Positions 1 to 8,440 of a stretch of 13,436 nt of DNA are shown here, piece by piece; the first letter of the stretch is position 1, and each line of letters starts with the position of its first letter. Location of the stretch: positions 1 to 13,436 of the forward strand of contig NW_003314552.1 in assembly GCF_000143415.4 (NCBI RefSeq), in the 5' to 3' direction. Origin of the DNA: Selaginella moellendorffii (Eukaryota > Plantae > Lycopodiophyta). The notes below the pieces were generated by a model. That model searched no databases. It was given only the letters and a program-made list of their open reading frames with translations, and had not been told where the DNA came from. The translations under genes and the position numbers were made by a program.

Positions 1-9
1 CCCCAAACA

Positions 10-1137
10 CTATCCATAGTTGAATACTTCGCTTACTCTAGCCTCGAACATCTTCTCGCCTAGGGGCTGAACGTGAGCTTGAAACTCTGTAGCATGAGTT
101 TGACAGGGAAAAATTGGAGAGGTCCAAGGTTTTCCACGGATACCTCCGTGAGATGAAACCAAGCTCTTGTCCGCATCCTGTTGCTTGTCTAGCATGAATG
201 GCATGGCACGATACTCTTGCCACCTTCTCTTAAGTTAGTATGGGTGCCATTGAATAGCTTGCGATCATCGGAGAATCCTCCAAACACGACGAGATACTTC
301 CCATTGGCTGATTGTTGTGTGCCTGGCTCTTGGCATCAGCTTGGCACCAGCCGTCTTTACCTCCTGCCATGCCATTGTTTCTGGAAACACAAATGAATTC
401 ACAAGTTTAAAACCAGTATAATGTATGTACCTGTGTCCAGAATATGAACGTCGTTTAGATAGACATTACCACCGTCCTCGCCACCCATGACAACGAAACA
501 GTTCTTATAGGAAGAGCAAGTATGTCTATCCTGAGGAGTAGGCGAGACTCCAGTGGTAGAAATCTTCTTCCAGACAAAAGTATCTACAGCAAAAAAAAAA
601 AGTTTAGAAGAAAACAAGGAAAGATAACAGGATATTACTCGTGTTCAAAACATGGAGGACGTTGTAGTACTCCTACTCTGAGGGATCGCTGGATTTCCCA
701 CATCCCCCAAACACGAACAGGTTGTCACCGATGAGAGACACGCTATGTCCTTCTCTCGGAGCAGGAACATCACCAAAAACGTCAGGTTTCCCCCAGGTGT
801 TGGTAGCTGCATCGGATGATAAGAACGAGAAAAAAAAATGGATAGAACTCGAAGCTTACCATTATCCAAAACAAAGAGATCATTGAGCGGGCTGGTTCCA
901 TTGGTACCACCAAACACATAGAGCTTAGACCTGACGGCCGTGGAGCTGTGGCTGTCCCGAGGAGAAGGGTGCATTCCTTTTATCACAGGCTTGCTCCAGG
1001 TGTACATCCCTGCGCGATCCCACCAAAAACATGATCAAAACCATTTTTTTCCGGAAAACCCAGAAGAGGAAACTTGTACCAAAGTCGAAGACGTGCACAT
1101 CGTTGGTCTGGCACTCGTCCCGGCTGTAGCCACTGAA
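10..1137 (-). pseudogene. Kelch-repeat beta-propeller protein pseudogene, copy A (plant At1g18610/At1g74150-like)
   Basis: Hand-spliced exons ~1137-1080, 1009-860, 806-639, 583-431, 380-~237, then C-terminal exons to ~10, with GT-AG introns of 70, 53, 55 and 50 bp. Translation gives Kelch motifs GYSRDECQTNDVHVFDF, PSPRDSHSSTAV..LYVFGGTNG, PAPREGHS..LFVFGGCG and VVMGGEDGG..YLNDVHILDT, plus the C-terminal KMFEARVSEVFNYG. Disablements: 5' truncation, TAG at 675-673, +1 insertion near 304, ~330-bp deletion near 236, and loss of homology at ~10. Confidence 0.9.
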
Positions 1138-1170
1138 GTGAACCGTGGGCGAAAATTTCTTTTTTTCTCT

Positions 1171-1320
1171 TGGTTCCAGCCTCGAGCACCTGGAACAAAC
1201 AGGAACTTTAAGCCTCGAAAGAGAATAGCAAAGAGCAAGAGAGTGAAAAACCTTGATTCTAGTCGTGGTTCCAGCCTCGAGAACCTGGAACAAACAGGGA
1301 CTTGAGAGACTCGAAAAAAG
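1171..1320. repeat. Imperfect ~50-bp direct repeat (1171-1222 and 1266-1320)
   Basis: tggttccagcctcgag(c/a)acctggaacaaacagg(a/g)actt...ctcgaaa occurs twice about 95 bp apart. Confidence 0.85.
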
Positions 1321-1424
1321 ATTGTCATTTTCCAGAGTGTGGCCATTGACAATGGTTTCCTGAGCTTTTGAACCAGTAGCAGCTTCAGATCTTCACGTAC
1401 AGCTGACTGTAGCTCTGAGGTGCT

Positions 1425-1560
1425 CTGCAATGAAGACCTCATCAAACACACACACACAGAGGCACAGAGAGAGAGAGAGAGAGGGGGGAGAGAGTACCTT
1501 CCCGCAAGCGATGATCGACGCTCTCTCCTCGTGCTCATGCGCCCTAAAAGACAATTGAAA
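1425..1560 (-). other. Probable 5'-UTR exon and 73-bp intron (1497-1425) containing (CT)n/(GT)n microsatellites
   Basis: On the minus strand, donor GAAG|gtactc at 1497 and acceptor ttcattgcag| at 1425 enclose a CT/GT-rich interior typical of plant leader introns. The gene it belongs to is not identified. Confidence 0.4.
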
Positions 1561-1843
1561 TTTTTTATGATCCCAAAAGTCACGGCTCTACATTGTTTAA
1601 TTTCAGCCGTTAGATTTTGGCATATGCCCAGAATAAGTGTCGCCAGTATATGCTATTATTATATGGGCTCTTTTGTTTAAATATATGAGTACTAGCAGAG
1701 ACCCCAACTCCGCTGGGAGATACAGCATACCCAAGATAAATAGATCTTCTTTTTTAATTTTACAATATTAAAAATTTTGATTGTATACTTTGTTAAATTT
1801 ATCTTAATTTTGCTACTATTCATCTCCAGAGAATTGTACAATA

Positions 1844-2389
1844 ATGCAATTAGATAATAATGCATGTGTTGGAGAAGATAAGATGGTTGGTGTTGTTATA
1901 TTGGTTGGACTGACAAATGTTATATGCAAGGATACTGGGACTCTCCTTAAGAGGAGGACGTTATGTCTTGGTGATGAATCAGGAAGGAGTATTGATGTTT
2001 GTCTTTGGGACTCCAAAGCTGAAGAGGTAGGGTCAAAAATATATGAAAAGTTTGAAAGAGGAGAGAAGCAGTTCTTGTGTGTAAAAGGTTGTAAAATATC
2101 TGAATATGATGGGAAGTCAATATTTGTTATAGGAGTTTCAACAGTTTTACTTGATGCTGATATAGAGATTGTAGCTAGAGTACGTGCATGGTATTCAGTA
2201 ACTCTAGATTCCATCAGTTTCATCTATGTCACCGGGTCATCGGGCTCTAATTTAGCTGTTCATATGATGGGACTTAATCTCAAGGTTATGGAGAGTTCAG
2301 ACAGTTACAGAATTACTGCTAACATCAGAGACATTCGCTTTGATAATTTTTCTTATCCAACTTGTACAGCAGATCTTGAGTCATGGTGA
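1844..2389 (+). pseudogene. Replication protein A 70-kDa subunit (RPA1)-like OB-fold fragment, Helitron-associated
   Basis: KRRTLCLGDESGRSIDVCLWD...LCVKGCKISEYDGKSI...DADIEIVARVRAWY matches RPA70 DBD-B. YRITANIRDIRFDNFSYPTCT matches the start of DBD-C, truncated at the zinc finger. RPA-like genes are a known feature of plant Helitrons. Confidence 0.8.
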
Positions 2390-2737
2390 CAGTAGTGGAG
2401 TTGCTGGAGAAAGAAACGACAAGGGCTGTAGGGTGTTGCTATGGAAAGCAGTTGAAGATCAACTGTTTGCCAGGAATGGTTGTGGTTGTTGCCAATAGGC
2501 TTGGTGCAAGTGAGCAAACCCTGGATGCAAGGGGAGAAGAAGAGGAAAATAAACAAAAGAAAAAGGAAAAAAAGAAGACAAAGAGCTATGCTTAAAAAGT
2601 TTGAGATATGGCTTTTACGAGGTAAGAGGATCTGTAAAAGTAGAATAAGAGAAGGTACTTCTTCCTATTCCTGCTCTAGGATATCTAAAACTGAGACTTT
2701 GGTGAGAATATCATATTTTAATTTCCATGATCTTTGA

Positions 2738-3293
2738 CTATAGCATATCCTTTTTAATGCAAATGTCGAGGTCTTCTGCATCTTTGAATGGATTGTATTC
2801 AAACATGTCCTCAGAAAATGTAGTATCAACTTGTAAAGCAATACCTTCGAGACATATTGGTTTCCACTTCTTAATGCCTCTTTTAAGATGGAGGTCATTT
2901 ATAGTGTTGATGAGTTCCTGAGCCATATCTCCTTTAAATTCCTTGCAAACATAAAATGGAACACCGAATCCATAATGGCCGAGAATACATATGGATTAAT
3001 TCTGTTGGTTTTCTTGTCAAAGATTTTCTGAATTTCTTTTTTGTGTGGGAGTCAATTGTTGTAAAGCTTTCCACTAAGTCTAAGTGCTGCATGCAAAAAA
3101 AAAAAGTTTATTCTGCTTGAAAAAGAAAAAAATAAATTGGATCCAAGCTTACCTGGGCCTACCAATTTCTTTTTGTTAATCTTCTTGAACTGTTTTATCT
3201 TTTCCTTATATTCTTTAATCTTTCTCAAAATTCCATCTATGTCATCAAAGCCATAAATAAATTCTTTTGGTCTATCTTGAGACAGCCTTTGCC
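2738..3293 (-). pseudogene. Unidentified AT-rich, Lys-rich two-exon gene fragment (decayed) inside Helitron 1
   Basis: An open exon at 3293-3153 (QRLSQDRPKEFIYGFDDIDGILRKIKEYKEK...) is followed by a 66-bp GT-AG intron (3152-3087) and a frameshifted exon ending ...GVPFYVCKEFKGDMAQELINTINDL...ICIKKDML*. Confidence 0.4.
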
Positions 3294-3329
3294 CTGCATA
3301 TCACATTGTTACTGCCAGTGTTTTTATAG

Positions 3330-4100
3330 CCCGCCATCACCACCACCGCTCAGCCAAACAAAACCCACCAAGCGAAGAAGGTCTGGAAGTGTGGGATGAA
3401 GTCTTCAAGCTCTCACAGCATGATCCCAAGTGTCTGGCACTCTTCATCTCCCCGCTCACCACAATCTCCACCAAAACCTATGGATGCCTGCCTCCATCCC
3501 CAGCTGGAAGCCATCCCCAAACTTCCAACACTTGACCCCTCCTCGGACTCCAAAGCTTGGGGCCCAGTGTATAAGGAAGACACCACCTCTGCTAACAAAC
3601 ACCTTATGGTTGTGTTCCAGGGCACCTCCACCCAGGCAAACATGTGCGTCAATTGGATCCTGTTTGGAGAGCTACCAAGGACATCGCTTACAAGTCTGAG
3701 CTCTTGCCTCTCCACCTATTCCAACCAGACCTCAACTACATCTCCCAAGGTGTGAGCTACACACACCAAGTTGCGGAGGTGTGTCCAAACGCATCGCTTC
3801 TACTCATTGGGTGCCAGACTCACAGTTCTGGGCTAGGTGAACCTGCTGCTGTTGTTGCTGTCAGCAGCCCGGGAGCTGGAGGCTCACTGCAGTTGTGGTC
3901 CTTTCAGCTCTCTTAGGAGATAATTCGTAACATGGCTGTGATTGGAAATGGGTGGGATTCCATGTTCACGGTGTCATGGGACAACATTGGCACGGCTTGT
4001 TTGGTGTAGCACCAGGGAGCATCGGACAGTGTGGCTTGTTCAGTGAGTGATGGGAGCTCCTTCCAGGCACACAGCCCCAATGGGATTCTTGATAAACTAT
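3330..4100 (+). pseudogene. Alpha/beta-hydrolase (lipase class 3 / Atg15-like) fragment, intronless and frameshifted
   Basis: GC-richer block. Across frames it reads HLMVVFQGTS (cf. IVVAFRGT), CPNASLLLIG (cf. PxAxIxxTG), AAVVAVSSPG (cf. AVAFxSPG) and NMAVIGNGWDSMF. It has stops and frameshifts and lacks the GHSLG motif. Confidence 0.5.
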
Positions 4101-4384
4101 AGATAGGAGACAAGTCTACATGCTTAGTGCATTAGAGAGCAAGTGTGTGCTAGAAAAACTTACTGTGCATCTGTGAGTTGTCTGTGACTGGCAATAAACA
4201 GCCATCCTGGATTTGCTAGAATGCAAACACATGCCTAAAGAACCATCACAATGTTAGTCATTTTAAAAAAAAAAAAAAAACAAAGCTCACTGGATTCTGT
4301 TGTATTCATCACAATGCCATTGATCAGCTTCACTGGACTGGAGAAACATCACAAGGCACCTTGGATTCACTTGAATGTTAGAGT

Positions 4385-5180
4385 ACCTGGAGAAGCAGCA
4401 CATTGTTTTTTTCTTCTGAGCAATACCTGTATCGTTCAGAAATTTTGAACACTTTCTTGCATTTTAGACATATTTGAGGTTGCATCAGTTAAAGCCTCCA
4501 TCTTGTGCTCTGCATCTTTGACAAACTCAAAAGCTTAGTGTAGCTTTAACTGTAAAGCCTGAATAACTTTTTTGCTTCTCCACAGCAAAATGGCTTGGTG
4601 GACAATCTGGCAAGGAAGTCTCTAAAATCCGTTCCATTTTCATTGCTGCAGCATCAAGTGTCACATAATCTTCAGAGTTCCTTGTCCACCCTCAGTTCAT
4701 TATAGTAGTTGCATCTGCCATCTCAACTTCCACTTTTGCACACTAACATCCATTTTTTTAATCTATATCCAGCTATGTATTTTTTAAGAAACCTGTTCAA
4801 CTCCCATGCGTCTTCAAGTTCTTCCGTAATCTTCAGTACCTCCTGTTCAGTTTTTGATTTTTCTGTCTCATCAAAGCCCACAGTCTTCTCTTAGTAACAG
4901 ATTTCTTCTTTTCCTTCTCAATTCAAGCTGTAGTGACTGCATCTTGGCTGTACTGTCATCACTTTTGTATTTTGCTGTTTCAAGAAAGCTTGTTGATTAA
5001 CACTAACTACAGGCTTTCCATCTGCTCACATAACTCGTTTGCTTCCTGCATTAAACAATATTAACACCTCCATGTCCTGGCCAACAATCTTCAGGTGGGT
5101 TGAGATATTCTTGTCATTGTATACACACCTGATCTGCATTCTCGACTGCAGCTCTAAGCGTGCACTGGATTCTACACCAT
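4385..5180 (-). pseudogene. Decayed coiled-coil protein gene fragment (possibly a kinesin tail)
   Basis: E/K/Q/L-rich stretches (EANELCEQMESL, EKSKTEQEVLKITEELEDAWELN, FVKDAEHKMEALTDA) with splice-like sites and many stops. The family assignment is weak. Confidence 0.35.
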
Positions 5181-5725
5181 AGGCATTTCTCTACTTATAA
5201 TGCCAAAAGAGTTCAATTGAAGATTATCAGGAGAGTTTATTTTGACATTGCAAACACAGGTACTGGATGGTTTTTCGAAAACTCTTAGAAGCTTAGGGTA
5301 TGAAGCTTAGGATATACTCTTAGGGTATGTGTATGATTTACGGTCTTTGCAATGTCGTTTGAATGTGTTTGCATAAGAACAGGTCATGAGTACTGGGAAG
5401 ATGAAGGCATTGAAGAAAAAAAGTCAGCATGCAGGCAAATGATGAACATATTTCACCCATATGATCCTCTCACCTGTAGGTATCAATATACTTCTGTGTG
5501 ACCAGTGTTTACATTTATCCTTTCGTCCTGATTACAGAGTGGACCTCTGATATCTATTCTTTTTGGAGAAAGTCAATGAATATCTTGGGATACAGGTAAT
5601 CATAGTTCGTCGACTTAATGCTACAGGTAAGTCTTGCTCTTTGCTATCACGTCATTCTCATGTGGATCCAGGATACAAAATTTGAGCACCACTACATATC
5701 GGTATCTGATAACGACAGCAGTGGT

Positions 5726-5775
5726 GAGAGAGAGAGAGAGAGAGAGAGAGACAGCAGCAGCAGCAGCAGCAGCAG
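5726..5775 (+). repeat. Compound microsatellite (GA)13 (CAG)8
   Basis: Read directly: GA repeat at 5726-5751 and CAG repeat at 5752-5775. Confidence 0.95.
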
Positions 5776-5863
5776 CATCACCAGTGAGAAGATCTCAAGG
5801 CCATCCACCAGGAGTTTGGGATCAGTCACATGTACGTAGCGGCCAGGTGAGAAGGTCAGTGCG

Positions 5864-5905
5864 AGGGACAGGGACGAAGATATCACAAGGGACAGGGACG
5901 AAGAT
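5864..5905 (+). repeat. Short direct repeat, 24-bp period (agggacagggacgaagat x2)
   Basis: Read directly from the sequence. Confidence 0.85.
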
Positions 5906-6340
5906 CTTGCAGGGTCGGCCTTCACCCACGAGCAGCAGAGATTGATGAGGTCACTGGTTTGCTCTATCACTTCTGCTCGACCCAGTGGCAAGGTGAGCTT
6001 CACTGTGGTGGCGGTGATCTAGAGCAGGTTAATGACCATGCGTTTCTCTACAGGAACACGGTGCTGTACAAATCCAATTAGTCTGGAGACAAGGAGCATC
6101 GTCACACCATGGACGTGTATCAATTCTTGTGACACACTAGGTAGGATCCAATCCAACTTCACCAACTCGCAGAGAAAAAGAGAACTAAGAAAGACAAACA
6201 AAGAATAGTGGCCATGGCCATATCTGGACAAATTAAGTGAATTGGTGCCAGATTCAATTGTATTTGTGTTGTAATACTACATTATTTATAACGTGTCTCC
6301 TGCCCTTGACTGTCTAGAAGTCCCAATGGTAGAGAAAATT

Positions 6341-7780
6341 TCATGCTACAAGGATCATTGATGAAACAAATCTCGCCATGTAAGATTGCACTGCCTGAGC
6401 AAAGCCAGGCTTGTACGAGAAGAGCAGCCCACGGAAAAGCTTCCCATCGATGGACGCTTCTAATGTGTATCCGTAGTTGAATACGTCGCTTACTCTAGCC
6501 TCGAACATCTTCTCGCCTAGCGGCTGAACATGAGCTTGAAACTATGTAGCATGAGTTTGACAGGGAAAAATTGGAAAGGTCCAAGTTTTTCTGCAGATAC
6601 CTCCGTGAGATGAAACCAAGCTCTTGTCCGCATCCCGTTGCTTGTCTAGCACGAATGGCGTGGCACGATACTCTTGCCGCCTTCTCTTAAGTTCCTTACG
6701 CATGGATAGCTTTGGTTCTGATGGATCTTTCTCCCTCAGCATCTCTTCACAGAAAACTGGCAACCATATTGTCAAGAATGGCAGCAATGTCAATTAAAGA
6801 AGAACCCAACCTGTGTCGAGGAAATACATGTCATCTAGAGCTTCAAGCTCTTTGTTACATCCCCCATAGAAGAATCATATGCCTCGCTCTGCGTCCACGG
6901 AATCTCCTGCAAGGGAGAAACGTGGAGAAGGCTCGGGACCAGAGGGATTCGAAGTTGCCCAAACACCAGTCGCTACAATATACGTAAAAGCCCCATGAGA
7001 GACTCACGTACTTAAGTCGAGAGTACGGACGTCATTGAATAGCTTGTGATCATAGGAGAATCCTCCAAACACGACGAGATACTTTCCATGGCTGATTGTT
7101 GTGTGCCCGGCTCTTAGCATCAGCTCCGCACCAGTCGTCTTTACCTCCTGCCATGCCATTGTTTCTGGAAACGCAAATGAATTCGCAAGTTTAAAACCAG
7201 CACAATGTATGTACCTGTGTCCAGAATATAAACGTCGTTTAGATAGGCATTACCACTGTCCTCGCCACCCATGACAATTATAGCAAGAGCAGGTGTGGCT
7301 ATCCCGAGGAATAAGTGAGACTCCAGTGGTAGAAATCTTCTTCCAGACAAAAGTATCTATAGGGAAAAAAAAAGTTAGAAGAAAACAAGGAAAGATAACA
7401 GGATATTACTCGTGTTCAAAACATGGAGGTCGTTGTAGGACTCCTACTCCGAGGAATTGCTGGATTTCCCACATCCCCCAAACACGAACAGGTTGTCACC
7501 GATGAGAGACACGCTATGTCCTTCTCTCGGAGCAGGAACATCACCAAAAACGTCAGGTTTTTCCCAGGTGGTGGTAGCTGCATCGGATGATAAGAACAAG
7601 AAAAAAAAATTGATAGAACTCGGAGCTTACCAGTATCCAAAACAAAGAGATCGTTGAGCGGGCTGGTTCCATCGGTACCACCAAACACATAAAGCTTAGA
7701 CCCGACGGCCGTTGAGCTGTGGCTGTCTCGAGGAGAAGGGTGCGTTCCTTTCATCACAGGCTTGCTCCAGGTGTACGTCC
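6341..7780 (-). pseudogene. Kelch-repeat protein pseudogene, copy B (most complete)
   Basis: Exons 7780-7631, 7577-~7410, ~7356-7215, ~7164-7012, 6972-6811, 6744-6601 and ~6543-6341. They include PSPRFSLAGD..FFYGGCN..DDMYFLDT, KLSMRKELKRRRQE and FEARVSDVFNYGYTLEASIDGKLFRGLLFS. Disablements: first exon absent, TAG at 7446-7444, 11-bp deletion near 7277, TGA at 6877-6875, and acceptor AG>AT at 6544. Confidence 0.9.
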
Positions 7781-7817
7781 CTGCGCGATCCCACCAGAGG
7801 AGTGAAGAACCTTGATT

Positions 7818-8423
7818 CTAGTCGTCAATGACAACGTGAATCCCCTCGTTGTCCGAGACGTTGTCCCTGTCATGAGCTCCATCCACCATAGCCTCTTCGC
7901 CTTTCACTCCCAATCCTCGTCGCATTTCCGAGCAGAGCACGTCGATCTGTCGAATGCACCTGCACAGGCGGATGCCAGAGATTTTTTTCCCAGCGTAAGT
8001 CTGGAAGGCGTCAAGCCTGTTCTCGCTGATCATCGAGCACAACTATGGCGACACAGAGAAAGCCGTGAGCCTCTCAAACCTTTGCAAATGGAGAAACAAA
8101 CACAACCTCGTTGTAATAGGCTGGGACTTTCAGCCGCTTAGGATCGTTATCCAGTGCCGTTCCCTGGACTTCTTCTGGAGCTGTCCAAAAACGAACGTGT
8201 TAGAGTTTTTTCTAGTGTCTAAATCAAAGGAACTCACTCAAAGGTGTTGGATAAGGAACAAATGTAGGTTGCGGCTTTTGGTAGGAGGTTTTTTTGTCCC
8301 TCACCAGGCTCGACGCCGCCGTTGCTGCAATTGCCCGGAATATCTTGGTCATCCTGGAACATCTCAAGTTAGAATCGCAGGGACGACGATAGGGGGGTCG
8401 AGACTCTTTTACCAGATGATATC
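7818..8423 (-). pseudogene. PKL: 3'-terminal exons of a PICKLE/CHD3 chromatin remodeller, copy 1
   Basis: Exons 8353-8238, 8180-8107 and 8042-7818 (introns 59, 57, 64 bp) give PTPLTPEEVQGTALDNDPKRLKVPAYYNELCSMISENRLDAFQTYAGKK..., resembling the PKL C-terminal region as recalled (PITSEEI..AVDN..R.....YNQMC....EN). The 116-bp exon breaks frame. No ATPase or chromodomain exons are present. Confidence 0.7.
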
Positions 8424-8440
8424 CAGATGATATACTCTAC

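Larger units (their letters stand above)
1692..5336 (-). mobile_element. Non-autonomous Helitron 1 with captured gene fragments (3' end well supported, 5' end tentative)
   Basis: Minus-strand 3' end: hairpin CCCAGC-GGA-GTTGGG (1717-1703), 7 nt, then CTAG (1695-1692) followed by T. About 95 bp is shared with the element at 12759. An RPA70-like ORF lies inside. The candidate 5' end is A|TCATACACATACCCTAAG at 5336. No Rep/helicase sequence is seen. Confidence 0.7.

Noticed and set aside
1-12. Transposon terminus at the point where Kelch copy A homology ends
   Set aside because: Only about 10 bp is visible, and ccccaaacac also occurs within Kelch exons. It cannot be resolved without the left flank.
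673-675. Shared TAG as programmed recoding or an RNA-editing site
   Set aside because: Restoring Glu needs U>G, which is not a known editing type. Every copy has further disablements or truncations.
522-1680. Plus-strand ORFs and the 182-aa minus ORF 1035-1583 as real genes
   Set aside because: They are antisense or off-frame shadows of Kelch exons, or they run through introns, microsatellites and rearrangement junctions.
5281-5336. TTAGGG-containing repeats as telomeric sequence
   Set aside because: There are only two spaced CTTAGGG copies and no tandem TTTAGGG array. They are better explained as a Helitron terminal motif.
1692-5336. Autonomous Helitron
   Set aside because: No HUH Rep or PIF1 helicase motifs are found and the element is too short.
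5340-6330. Protein-coding gene around the microsatellite (ORFs 5618-5839, 5634-5945, 5692-6003)
   Set aside because: The ORFs are held open by GA/CAG repeats. Some splice-like sites exist, but there is no consistent frame or recognisable domain.
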